Source of the DNA: Candidatus Multivoradales bacterium
Lineage (GTDB): Bacteria > Acidobacteriota > Thermoanaerobaculia > Multivoradales > JAHEKO01
Length of the DNA stretch: 64,000 bases
NCBI GenBank assembly: GCA_965248055.1
Contig: CBDFIJ010000004.1
Location: forward strand, 896,001-960,000
Direction: 5' to 3'
In this document: in pieces, positions 28,586 through 37,653 of the stretch
Layout of the letters: each line of letters opens with the position of its first letter
Position numbering within the stretch: position 1 is the first letter of the stretch
Made by a program: the position numbers and the translations under genes
The notes under the pieces: model-generated
What the model was told of the DNA's origin: nothing
The model's database searches: none
What the model saw: only the letters and a program-made list of their open reading frames with translations

Positions 28586-30211
28586 CTAAGCCATATGGGG
28601 ATAACGAAAATCCGTCGGGGGAACTAGGGTCTCTTTCATCGCCCGTTGCGAAGTCCAACGCATCAGATTAGCCGCCGACCCAGCCTTGTCATTGGTTCCA
28701 GAAGCTCGGGACCCGCCGAAGGGCTGCTGCCCAACCACCGCACCGGTGGGCTTGTCATTGATATAGAAATTGCCCGCGGCGTGCCTCAGCTTAGTGGACA
28801 TCTCGACAATCACCCGCCGATCTCGGGCAAAGATTGCTCCGGTCAGCGCGTAAGGACTGGTGGTGTTGCAGACCTCCAGCGTCTCATTCAGCTGATCGTC
28901 GGCGTAGACATGCACCGTCAGAACCGGAGCGAAAATCTCTTCACACATCAGCCGTGATTTTGGATCTTCGCTCACCACTACCGTCGGCGGCACGAAATAG
29001 CCAATTTCGTCGTCTCCTTTGCCGCCGGTCAAGAACTCCATGTCGTTGCAGTTTCGCACCGAAGCAAAGTAGCCCTCAACATTGTCGAACGAGGACTGGT
29101 CAATGACCGCAGCCATAAAGTTGCTGAAATCGATGGGTGAGCCGATCGTGATCTCCCCAACCATCGCCTGCAAACGCTCGCGCATCTCAGGCCACAAGCT
29201 CTGAGGGATGTAGGCCCGCGAAGCCGCCGAACACTTCTGCCCTTGGTACTCGAAAGCTCCGCGCACCAGGGCCACGGTCAGCGCTTGCGGGTCGGCACTC
29301 GGATGGGCAAAGACAAAATCCTTACCCCCGGTTTCGCCGACAATTCTAGGGTAGGTCTTGTAGCGGTCAATATTGCCACCAATGGTCTTCCACATCCCCT
29401 GAAAGACGGCGGTGGAACCGGTGAAATGCACCCCCGCCAGGTCTGCGCTGGCGAGCACCGGGTCGCCGATTCTGCGTCCTGATCCGGGCACGAAGTTGAT
29501 CACCCCAGGAGGCAATCCCGCCTCCTTCAGAATCTGCATGATGACGTAGGCCGAAAGCACCGCGGTGGAGGCTGGCTTCCACACGACAACGTTTCCCATC
29601 AGGGCCGGAGCGGTCGGAAGATTGCCGCCAATGGAGGTGAAATTAAAAGGCGTCGCGGCGAAGACAAAGCCTTCCAGCGCTCGGTACTCAACCCGATTCC
29701 ACATTCCCAGTGCCGAAGATGGTTGTTCTTCCATCATCTGGCGTTGAAAATGAACGTTGAAGCGCCAGAAATCGATCAACTCACAGGCGGCGTCGACCTC
29801 AGCCTGAAATACCGTCTTCGACTGATTCAGCATGGTCGCCGCATTCAAGGTGTCGCGCCACGGTCCTGCGAGCAAGTCAGCAGCCTTGAGAAAAACTGCC
29901 GCGCGGTCTTCCCAGGCCAGCTCCGACCACTGATTCCACGCAGCCATCCCGTTATTGATGGCTTGCTCGACTTCCCCATCAGCTCCCTGATGGAACTGAC
30001 CCAAGGAGCGCTGGTGATCGTGGGGACAAAGCATTCCACCGGTGTTGCCGGTTCTAGTTTCCTCGCCACCAATGATCAAGGGAATGTCGTAGGACTCCTG
30101 GAGCATGGTTTCGATTCTGCTCTGCAGCGAAGTTCGCTCAGCGGACCCTGGGGCGTAGCCGCGAATCGGTTCATTGATCGGAGTCGGGACCGAAAAAACT
30201 GCGTGTGACAT
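28586..30211 (-). CDS. pruA: L-glutamate gamma-semialdehyde (P5C) dehydrogenase
   Basis: CELIDFWRFN, PFNFT, FTGST, GETGGKDF, FEYQGQKCSA, QQPFGGSRASGTNDK. Confidence 0.95.
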   Translation of the reverse strand: MSHAVFSVPTPINEPIRGYAPGSAERTSLQSRIETMLQESYDIPLIIGGEETRTGNTGGMLCPHDHQRSLGQFHQGADGEVEQAINNGMAAWNQWSELAWEDRAAVFLKAADLLAGPWRDTLNAATMLNQSKTVFQAEVDAACELIDFWRFNVHFQRQMMEEQPSSALGMWNRVEYRALEGFVFAATPFNFTSIGGNLPTAPALMGNVVVWKPASTAVLSAYVIMQILKEAGLPPGVINFVPGSGRRIGDPVLASADLAGVHFTGSTAVFQGMWKTIGGNIDRYKTYPRIVGETGGKDFVFAHPSADPQALTVALVRGAFEYQGQKCSAASRAYIPQSLWPEMRERLQAMVGEITIGSPIDFSNFMAAVIDQSSFDNVEGYFASVRNCNDMEFLTGGKGDDEIGYFVPPTVVVSEDPKSRLMCEEIFAPVLTVHVYADDQLNETLEVCNTTSPYALTGAIFARDRRVIVEMSTKLRHAAGNFYINDKPTGAVVGQQPFGGSRASGTNDKAGSAANLMRWTSQRAMKETLVPPTDFRYPHMA

Positions 30212-30284
30212 GACTCAACTACTCCATTTACTTGTCTTGTTATTGTGCTTTAGGCATCCTAAGGGGACTGCTATCGAGAGTCGA

Positions 30285-30647
30285 CTAAGCCGCACCGCGC
30301 CAGATCTTCCAGGCAGCCAGACCAAGTCCGACAATCATCGACGCGCCACCGATCGGCGCGATCGCTCCGAGCCAACGCGGACCGCCCAGGGCCAGGCCAC
30401 CAACCGCAGCCGCAAAGATCAAACCGCCGCAAGCCACCCATCCAGCACTGGCTCCGGTGACCACTCCACGCTGGTTGGCCAAACCCAATATCGCAACAGC
30501 AAAGGAAGCGATCATCCAATAGCGGACCGCGGTCAACCATTGCTCCATCGCCACCACGTCGAGGCGATCGCGCAGACCGTGGGCTCCGAAAGCTCCGGCA
30601 GCCACACCGAGGGCACAGCCGAAAAAACCGAGCGCCAGCCAATTCAC
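30285..30647 (-). CDS. DUF423 (YgdD/TMEM256) membrane protein
   Basis: GAFGAHGL, TAVRY, LGAIAPIGG. GTG start overlaps the upstream stop. Confidence 0.8.
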   Translation of the reverse strand: MNWLALGFFGCALGVAAGAFGAHGLRDRLDVVAMEQWLTAVRYWMIASFAVAILGLANQRGVVTGASAGWVACGGLIFAAAVGGLALGGPRWLGAIAPIGGASMIVGLGLAAWKIWRGAA

Positions 30648-30976
30648 TGGGTCTCCAATTTTGAGGTCTCCAATCTTGCGGGCTCCGTCCCCTGCGACTC
30701 TGAATCCGGGCGCTCTCCCAGAGGCCACTGGCCGGCAACGTCAGCCCACCGAATCAACACACGGCCATGTTTCGGCCAAACGCCGAAACGATCGGCGCGA
30801 TCGAGATATTCGGCTCTCGACATCTCATCGCTGGTGCGGTGAATGTCGGCGTCGAGCAAAATGACCTCAGTCTCGTTCTCGTCATCGCAACGACCGACGA
30901 TGGCATCCCCTTGGAGAGTCTCGATCACTAGGGTGATTCCATGCAGCGGAGATTTATCTTGATGAAAGGTACCCAT
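30644..30976 (-). CDS. Conserved-looking hypothetical protein
   Basis: 110-aa ORF packed between the bacilliredoxin and DUF423 genes (12-bp gap upstream, GTGA overlap downstream). Confidence 0.7.
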   Translation of the reverse strand: MGTFHQDKSPLHGITLVIETLQGDAIVGRCDDENETEVILLDADIHRTSDEMSRAEYLDRADRFGVWPKHGRVLIRWADVAGQWPLGERPDSESQGTEPARLETSKLETQ

Positions 30977-30988
30977 AACTCTGTCGCT

Positions 30989-31426
30989 TCAGCTTTCGAG
31001 CCCTACCGAAAAATACCGCTCAAAGGCTGCCTCAAGATCGGCGGCGACCTCAGTCGCCTGTCGGTTCTCGATCCGATGTCGGGGTACAAAGTAGACCAAT
31101 TCGCCATTATTCAACAACGCCATCGACGGACTACTCGGCGGCACGTCGGCAAAATAGCTCCTCATCTTTTGCGTCGCTTCCAGATCCTGGCCGGCGAACA
31201 CGGTCACCAAATGGGGCGGGCGTTTGTCGCTATCCGCGGCCATCCGCGCACCGGGACGTGCCTGTCCTGTGGCGCAGCCACAAACCGAGTTGATCACCAC
31301 CCAGGCTCCCTCGTTCGCTTGATTGTCCATGAACTCTTCCACCTGTTCGGCGGTGGTCAGCTCGAGAAAGCCGATCTCCGTCATTTCATCGCGCATCGGT
31401 CGCACCAACAGTGGGCTATATCGCAT
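30989..31426 (-). CDS. BrxA/BrxB family bacilliredoxin
   Basis: INSVCGCA..ARP, TVFAGQD.EAT, PSSPS.AL, RH.IE. Confidence 0.9.
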   Translation of the reverse strand: MRYSPLLVRPMRDEMTEIGFLELTTAEQVEEFMDNQANEGAWVVINSVCGCATGQARPGARMAADSDKRPPHLVTVFAGQDLEATQKMRSYFADVPPSSPSMALLNNGELVYFVPRHRIENRQATEVAADLEAAFERYFSVGLES

Positions 31427-31553
31427 GTCTTAAGACTCCCTATCGAGTGAATATCAACTGAGCGGTAACAAGTACCGATAGTATTTCGTTTTCCGGTCGA
31501 TCTGGGCTGCGAAACTCAGGTCAATCGTTGTGCCATTCTACTCTGGAGACCGC

Positions 31554-32342
31554 ATGACCAACAGCCTTGCCACACGGGCACTTCTCGGGGTTCTACTCAG
31601 CCTGGTTTGTATCCAATGTTCGTCCACCGGACTGGCCGGGCAACAACCTTCCGCGTCAACCACTCGACCTGGGTCACGACCGCTGCTCGACAGCTGGATC
31701 AACGCCGGGTTTCTCCTATTGGAGGGGACCTACGGCACCGAACTGGTTGCTCCCTGGGACGTGTTTGACCATGTCCAGTACCACGCTGAGGGTGGTATTC
31801 GGGTGTTCACGGTGGCACCATCAAAAGACCCGGTAGCGACCGCGGAGGGATTGCGCATCGTTCCGGACTTCACCTTCGACAACCATCCCGACATCGACTT
31901 ACTGGTGGTTCCCAGCGCCGAGAATTCTCGCGGCAGTGATCTACAAAAGACTGGTGTGGTCGAATGGGTGAGACGGACCGGAACCGATGCAGATCATGTG
32001 ATGTCTCTGTGTTGGGGAGCATTCGTACTCGCCGAAGCCAACCTTCTGGACGGCCTCTCTTGCACAACTTTCCCCACCGACTACGAAAATCTCGCCCAGC
32101 GCTACCCGGATCTGGATGTACGGGTGAATGCGTCGTTCGTCCACGATGGACCGGCGATCACCTCACAAGGTGGTCGCAAGAGCTATGACGCGGCGCTCTA
32201 CGTCGTCGAGTCGCTCTACGGACGTAAAACTGCCCAAGGAATCGCCGGCGGACTGTTGGTGCCCTGGCCGCCGCAGACTCAGCCACGACCGACCTTTGTC
32301 AGCGACGGTCCCCCGGTGCCCTCAGAAGAACCAGCACCCTAG
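31554..32342 (+). CDS. DJ-1/PfpI family protein with signal/lipoprotein-like N-terminus
   Basis: EL.AP.DVF, GLRIVPD, nucleophile elbow SLCWGAFVLA, ITSQG. Confidence 0.85.
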   Translation: MTNSLATRALLGVLLSLVCIQCSSTGLAGQQPSASTTRPGSRPLLDSWINAGFLLLEGTYGTELVAPWDVFDHVQYHAEGGIRVFTVAPSKDPVATAEGLRIVPDFTFDNHPDIDLLVVPSAENSRGSDLQKTGVVEWVRRTGTDADHVMSLCWGAFVLAEANLLDGLSCTTFPTDYENLAQRYPDLDVRVNASFVHDGPAITSQGGRKSYDAALYVVESLYGRKTAQGIAGGLLVPWPPQTQPRPTFVSDGPPVPSEEPAP

Positions 32343-32391
32343 GAAGAAAGTGCCAGCAAATAGTGCGCAGATCAGCCGCATTCTGGTCCCG

Positions 32392-32982
32392 CTAGCTGCC
32401 GGTGTCGGAGCGATCGTCAGACCACTCCGGCTCCAAGTCCACTCCGGTACCTTCGGCGATCCGGTTGTAATAGTTGAACAAACTGGTGACCTGCACAATG
32501 TCATGCAACATCGTCGGATCGACCCCGGCCTCGGTGACCACCTCAACCCGTGAAGCGTCGATCTTGACCGGATCGAGCGTCAAATCGACCGCAAAATCGC
32601 AGATCACACGATCCAATAAACTCAAGTCGGCTTGTCTGTAGTCCTCTTGCAGGGCACGGGTCCGACGATCCACTTCTTCGTCCGCGACACCCAGTTTCTT
32701 GACTTCACCCCGGAAGTCATCGCCATGGGCGCGCAGTCAGTAGTAGCAATGATTTGTAGTTGAAACGACAGTGGCAATCATCTCGCGCTGAGCACGCGTG
32801 AGCGAGCTTTCACCGTACATCACTTCCATATAGAGTCGCGTTGAAGCCTGCAGAACTCTCGGCCGCGAACTCTGCACTCGGTTAATTTGAAAGACCTTAC
32901 CGGCCCTTCGAATAGCCGCGTCGTAGAGCCGACGCAACAACCCATCGGACTGTTCTGGGGGAAGTGTCGGAACAAATGCCAT
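32392..32982 (-). CDS. AhpD/CMD peroxidase-related selenoprotein (Sec at UGA 32737-32739)
   Basis: ORFs 32737..32994 and 32392..32673 are in the same frame, joined by 21 open codons. Read-through gives REMIATVVS..NHCYY-U-LRAH (CxxU replacing the AhpD CxxC...H) and C-terminal FNYYNRIA. Confidence 0.88.
32700..32719 (-). promoter_or_regulatory. Putative bacterial SECIS hairpin
   Basis: mRNA after the UGA: 17 nt, then UGACUUC-CGGGGU-GAAGUCA (perfect 7-bp stem, G-rich apical loop 24 nt from the UGA). Confidence 0.7.
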
Positions 32983-33095
32983 CGCTGTTGGCAACTATCC
33001 TATAATCCCGGCAGGGTGCTGGATAGCACGTAAACCCATCGGGGGGGCGGCGAGGCAGTGCAATTCCCCCTCCTATCACCACGCCGGAGGCAAAA

Positions 33096-33800
33096 GTGAG
33101 TTCCACAGTTCGACTTGCAGATAGTCCCAATCTCAGCGAAATTGACCTTCTTTCTTCTTTGCCAGCCCCTATTCGGGCCGACTATGAGAACGCATGCAAG
33201 GTCGAAAAATTTCGAGCGGGTGATGAAATCATCGCCAGCCACGACGACTCTGATGAAGTGATTTTTGTTCTCACCGGCCAGGTGCGGATCGTAGACATGT
33301 CGGCAGCCGGGCGAGATATCAGCTTTGAAATCCTCGACCCGGGAAGCGTGGTTGGGGAATTGGCGGCGATCGATGGACGAGGACGTTCAGCGGCAGTCAA
33401 GGCCGAAACCGATGTTTCCGTGGCCTTGATCCCCGGCTCGCGTTTCTTGGAACTGGTGACGCACCAACCCAGCGTTTCCGAGGCCATGCTCCACCGGCTG
33501 GCCACCATGCTGCGTCGCTCAACCAAAAGAATCATGGAGTTATCCAGTTTGGGAGCACGCAATCGGGTACACGCGGAGCTGCTGCGGTTGGCAATCGTCT
33601 CAGAAGACCGGCAATCTGCGATCGTCGATCCGATGCCGGTCCACGCGGACATCGCCAGTCGGGTCAGCACCACCCGAGAGTCGGTAGCTCGTACCATGGG
33701 TGGATTGCTACGACTGAATATCGTCAGCAAAACCGACCAGGGCCTGCTGATCAACGACTACCCAGCACTGCAGCAAATGGTCCGCGACCTGCTGCCCTAG
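33096..33800 (+). CDS. Crp/Fnr family transcriptional regulator
   Basis: cNMP-binding GELAAIDG..RSA; HTH HADIASRVSTTRESVAR. Confidence 0.9.
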   Translation: MSSTVRLADSPNLSEIDLLSSLPAPIRADYENACKVEKFRAGDEIIASHDDSDEVIFVLTGQVRIVDMSAAGRDISFEILDPGSVVGELAAIDGRGRSAAVKAETDVSVALIPGSRFLELVTHQPSVSEAMLHRLATMLRRSTKRIMELSSLGARNRVHAELLRLAIVSEDRQSAIVDPMPVHADIASRVSTTRESVARTMGGLLRLNIVSKTDQGLLINDYPALQQMVRDLLP

Positions 33801-33820
33801 AGTCAGCTACTTAAGCTCTC

Positions 33821-33850
33821 AAAAAAGAAGGCGGCGGAAGGCCCGCCGCC
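33821..33850 (-). terminator. Rho-independent terminator for the minus-strand cus operon
   Basis: Minus strand GGCGGCGG-gcctt-CCGCCGCC followed by TTCTTTTTT. Confidence 0.8.
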
Positions 33851-33878
33851 CAGATAGAGGCTATGCAAAGAGTATAGA

Positions 33879-33963
33879 TGTAATTCGAGCATTTGTCACG
33901 TACCTGTATGCGTCCATGACATTTGTCACTATTCTGTAAATAACACGGACTTTTCCTGTGACC
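33879..33963. repeat. Stack of isolated IS-terminus-like units (TGT-initiated)
   Basis: TGTAATTCGAGCATTTGTCAC, TGTATGCGTCCATGACATTTGTCAC, TGTAAATAACACGGAC..., separated by 5 bp. Unit 2 matches the IS481 end at 47240 at 25/26 nt. Confidence 0.7.
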
Positions 33964-33987
33964 AACAGTGGCTTTACGTCTAAATCC

Positions 33988-34482
33988 CTAGAGAACGAGC
34001 GTGTCGGCGTCCATGCCACCACAGCCATTGTCATGGAAGGCTCGCGAACAACCACCGGAATAACAAGAATCACCGCTGAAGCCATCCGGGTTGATGAACT
34101 CGATCCACTCCTCGATAGCAACCTGCACCTGTTCGGCGCTCGCTCCCTGCTCGGCAATCAGGTAATGGGTCAGCCCCCACCAGCTCTTAGCCATGTTGCA
34201 AGGACAGCAACAGGTGTAGGCGGTGTTGTTGGAACAGCAGGGTGCGGGAATCGCGGTCAGGGCTTCTTCTTTGACCGCTTCTTGCTCCGCAGTCAACTCA
34301 ATGGTGTCGTAGTACTCGATGTAGAGCCGCGTTCGATTTTCCACTTCCTGACTGTGGGTCGCCTCGTCAGGATTGGCCCCTGCAGCTCCCGACAGCGTCA
34401 TCAAGGCCACGGCCAACATGGCAGCGAACCCGCGCAACGGTTGTGGTCTGATAAAATTCAATAAATTCTGTGTTCTGGTCAT
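33988..34482 (-). CDS. Exported Cys-rich hypothetical protein
   Basis: Signal peptide ending AAGA; PCC...TCCCPCN...SC..GGC...GCGGM (9 Cys). AGGAG RBS; 54 bp downstream of cusA. Confidence 0.8.
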   Translation of the reverse strand: MTRTQNLLNFIRPQPLRGFAAMLAVALMTLSGAAGANPDEATHSQEVENRTRLYIEYYDTIELTAEQEAVKEEALTAIPAPCCSNNTAYTCCCPCNMAKSWWGLTHYLIAEQGASAEQVQVAIEEWIEFINPDGFSGDSCYSGGCSRAFHDNGCGGMDADTLVL

Positions 34483-34536
34483 CGTAACTCCTTAGAAATT
34501 ACACGTTGGAGAATCCTTGAGCGTCGGTTGCAAATC

Positions 34537-37500
34537 CTAACCCGAGGTCTTAGACCTAGGCAGTCCTCGTGAACGCCAGATGAAATAGATCGCTGGGAAG
34601 ACTATCAACTCGGCGAGAAAAGAAGTGACAATTCCACCCACCATGGGCGCCGCGATCCGGCGCATCACGTCGGCTCCAGCTCCGGTGGCCCAGAGGATCG
34701 GGATCAAGGAAAACAACACCGTCAGCACGGTCATCATTTTCGGACGAATTCTTTGCACCGCTCCATGGTCAACCGCTTGGCGTAAATCTGCGTAGGAAGT
34801 CATCTGTCCTTGGTCGCGCCAACGTTGATAGGCCAAGTCCAAGTACAGCAACATCACCACGCCGGTCTCAGCCGCCAAACCCGCCAGGGCGATCACCCCG
34901 ACCCAGACGGCGATCGACCAGTTGTAGTCGAGTAGCCACAGCAGCCAGACCGACCCAACCAGGGAAAACGGAATCGCCGAGAGCACCATCGCGGTTTTCA
35001 CCAGCGATTTGGTGTGAAAGTAGAGAATCAGACAGATCAATGCCAGCGTCAGCGGCACGATCAGCAACAGCCGTGCCCTCGCCCGCTGCATGTACTCGTA
35101 TTGACCAGACCACAGAATGGTAGTGCCCGGCGGCAACTGCACCTGTTCGGCGACCTCCTGCTGCGCTCGCTTGACCCAGGAGCCGATGTCGATACCGCGC
35201 AAATCAACATAGACCCACGCGTTGGGCCGAGCATTCTCTGACTTGATCGCCGGGGGTCCTTCGCGAAACTCGACGCTGGCAATTTTGCCCAAAGGAATCT
35301 GGGCCCCGCTGGGCGTTGCCACCAGAATTTCACGCAGGCTGGCTGGATCCGACCGCAACTCGCGCGGGTAGCGTACGTTGATCGGATAACGCTCCAAACC
35401 CTCAACTGTGGTGGAAACACTCATGCCGCCGATCGCCGACTGCACAACCTCTTGGACATCGGCGACCGCCAGTCCGTAGCGAGCAGCGGCTTCGCGGTCG
35501 ATCTCGACGTCCAGGTAGTTGCCGCCCATCACCCGCTCAGCATAGGCCGACAGGGTTCCGGGCAGAGGTTTGACCACCGCTTCGACCTGCTCGGCGATGC
35601 GCTCCAATTGGCGTAGGTCGGGCCCGGCGATCTTGATGCCAACCGGGGTCTTGATGCCGGTCGACAGCATGTCGATGCGGGTCTTGATCGGCATGGTCCA
35701 AGAATTGGTGACTCCAGGAAACTGGATCGCCGCATCCATTTCTGCAATCAAGTCGTCCTTGCTCAGCCCGGTGCGCCACTGCGACTGATCTTTCAGAACG
35801 ATGGTGGTCTCGATCATCGACAAGGGCGCCGGGTCGGTCGCGGTATCCGCCCGCCCGACTTTGCCAAACACCGTCTCGACCTCGGGAAAGGTAACCAAGA
35901 TTTTGTCGGTCTGTTGCAGAATCTCTTTGGCCTTGGTGATCGAAATCCCAGGCAATGTGGTCGGCATGTAGAGCAAATCGCCCTCCCACAGCGGCGGCAT
36001 GAACTCCGATCCGATCCCTTGCAGCGGAACCAGGGTGACCAACAAGACAACCACCGCGGCCCCCACAACCAGCCAACGCCAGCGCAACGCCCAGCGAACC
36101 ACCGGTCGATAGAGCCAGCGCATGAATCGCGACACCGGATTCTGGTCCTCGGAGCGTATCCGCCCGCGCACGAACCAATACATCAACACCGGTACCACGG
36201 TGACCGCCAACAGCGCGGACAAACCCATGGCATAGGTCTTGGTGAACGCCAAAGGCTTAAACAGCCTTCCCTCCTGCGCCTCCAGAGTGAAGATCGGGAT
36301 GAACGAAACGGTGATCACCAACAGGGTGAAAAATAGTGTCGGTCCGACCTCTTGTGCGGAGCGCAAAATGATCTCGAAATGGCTTCGTTCGCCACGCCAC
36401 TGTTCGTAGTGCTTGTGGGCGTTCTCGACCATGATGATCGAAGCATCGACCAGCACTCCAATCGAGATTGCGATGCCCCCCAACGACATGATGTTGGCCC
36501 CCAACCCCTGGAAGTGCATCACCACAAACGCGAGCAGAATTGACACCGGGATCGAGATGATCGCCACCAGCGCGGAGCGAACATGAAACAAGAACAACAG
36601 ACAAATCAGCGCCACCACCACCGACTCTTCGATCAAGGTATGGGTCAGGGTCTCAACCGAGCGTTCAATCAGTCCAGTACGGTCGTAGGCGATCGAGATC
36701 TCCACGTCCTCCGGCAAACCTTTCTTGAGTTCTGCCAGTCGTTCGCGAACCCTCGTGATAGTGCTGCGAGTGTCGGCACCCGAGCGCACCACGACGATCC
36801 CGCCCACCGTTTCGCCCTCGCCGTTCCACTCCGCCAAACCACGCCGCACCTCGGGACCGATCGACACCGTGGCAACATCGCTGAGCAACACCGGGGTACC
36901 CCCTGGGCTACTGGCGAGCACAGCGTTTTCCAAGTCTCGAACTTCGCGGATGTAGCCGCGACCGCGCACCATGAACTCGCTCTCCGCGATTTCGATCAAC
37001 CCACCTCCGACCTCGACGTTGGAACGTTGGATCGCGCTGCGCACTTTATTGAGCGACAGGTTGTAAGCCCGCAGTCGAACCGGGTCGACCTCCACCTGAT
37101 ATTGGCGGACAAAGCCGCCCACCGACGCCACCTCGGAGACTCCGTCAACCGCCGACAAACCAAACTTCAAGTACCAGTCTTGCAAACTACGCAGCTCCGC
37201 CAGGGTCCGCTGCGGGGAGTTCAAGGTATACATGAAGGCCCAACCGACTCCGGTGGCGTCGGGCCCCAACTGAGGTGTGACTCCGGTGGGCAAATCACCC
37301 GCTAACGACGACAGGTACTCCAGCACCCGGCTACGCGCCCAATAGAGATCGGTACCGTCTTCAAAAATTACATAAACGAAAGAGAAGCCAAAAAACGAAT
37401 AGCCCCGGACCACTTTGGCGAACGGCACCGACAGCATCTTGGTGGTCAGCGGATAGGTCACCTGGTCTTCCACCACCTGCGGTGACTGACCGGGGAACTC

Positions 37501-37653
37501 AGAATAGACAATGACTTGTACGTCGGACAGGTCGGGAATCGCGTCCACGCGGGTTACAGACAGCGCCCAGATGCCGGCCAGCACCGCCAACACCACCCCA
37601 ACCGCAACCAACAAGCGATTGTGCAAGGACCAAGCAATGACCCGATTGAGCAT
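34537..37653 (-). CDS. cusA: CusA/SilA heavy-metal RND efflux permease
   Basis: DAIPDLSDVQVI, YWARSRVLEYL, Met triad contexts LLYMPTT / APLSMIET / WTMPIKTRIDM, RIRPKMMT. Confidence 0.93.
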   Translation of the reverse strand: MLNRVIAWSLHNRLLVAVGVVLAVLAGIWALSVTRVDAIPDLSDVQVIVYSEFPGQSPQVVEDQVTYPLTTKMLSVPFAKVVRGYSFFGFSFVYVIFEDGTDLYWARSRVLEYLSSLAGDLPTGVTPQLGPDATGVGWAFMYTLNSPQRTLAELRSLQDWYLKFGLSAVDGVSEVASVGGFVRQYQVEVDPVRLRAYNLSLNKVRSAIQRSNVEVGGGLIEIAESEFMVRGRGYIREVRDLENAVLASSPGGTPVLLSDVATVSIGPEVRRGLAEWNGEGETVGGIVVVRSGADTRSTITRVRERLAELKKGLPEDVEISIAYDRTGLIERSVETLTHTLIEESVVVALICLLFLFHVRSALVAIISIPVSILLAFVVMHFQGLGANIMSLGGIAISIGVLVDASIIMVENAHKHYEQWRGERSHFEIILRSAQEVGPTLFFTLLVITVSFIPIFTLEAQEGRLFKPLAFTKTYAMGLSALLAVTVVPVLMYWFVRGRIRSEDQNPVSRFMRWLYRPVVRWALRWRWLVVGAAVVVLLVTLVPLQGIGSEFMPPLWEGDLLYMPTTLPGISITKAKEILQQTDKILVTFPEVETVFGKVGRADTATDPAPLSMIETTIVLKDQSQWRTGLSKDDLIAEMDAAIQFPGVTNSWTMPIKTRIDMLSTGIKTPVGIKIAGPDLRQLERIAEQVEAVVKPLPGTLSAYAERVMGGNYLDVEIDREAAARYGLAVADVQEVVQSAIGGMSVSTTVEGLERYPINVRYPRELRSDPASLREILVATPSGAQIPLGKIASVEFREGPPAIKSENARPNAWVYVDLRGIDIGSWVKRAQQEVAEQVQLPPGTTILWSGQYEYMQRARARLLLIVPLTLALICLILYFHTKSLVKTAMVLSAIPFSLVGSVWLLWLLDYNWSIAVWVGVIALAGLAAETGVVMLLYLDLAYQRWRDQGQMTSYADLRQAVDHGAVQRIRPKMMTVLTVLFSLIPILWATGAGADVMRRIAAPMVGGIVTSFLAELIVFPAIYFIWRSRGLPRSKTSG

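Noticed and set aside
32392-32994. Two small genes or a nonsense pseudogene
   Set aside because: The TGA falls at the catalytic Cys position and is followed by a SECIS-like hairpin, so Sec read-through is the better explanation.
32995-33095. GC-rich intergenic hairpins considered as a riboswitch or ncRNA
   Set aside because: No recognisable family consensus; more simply a divergent promoter region.
33879-33963. Repeat units considered as a mini-CRISPR or as one end of a composite transposon reaching 49762
   Set aside because: The shared core is only about 10 bp with no cas genes. The flank GTACC does not match GAAAG, and the IS481 at 47240 has its own matching duplication.
33861-34157. 98-aa minus-strand ORF ending VTNVMDAY/VTNARITS
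   Set aside because: It overlaps the Cys-rich gene out of frame; the repeated peptide merely reflects the IS-end units.
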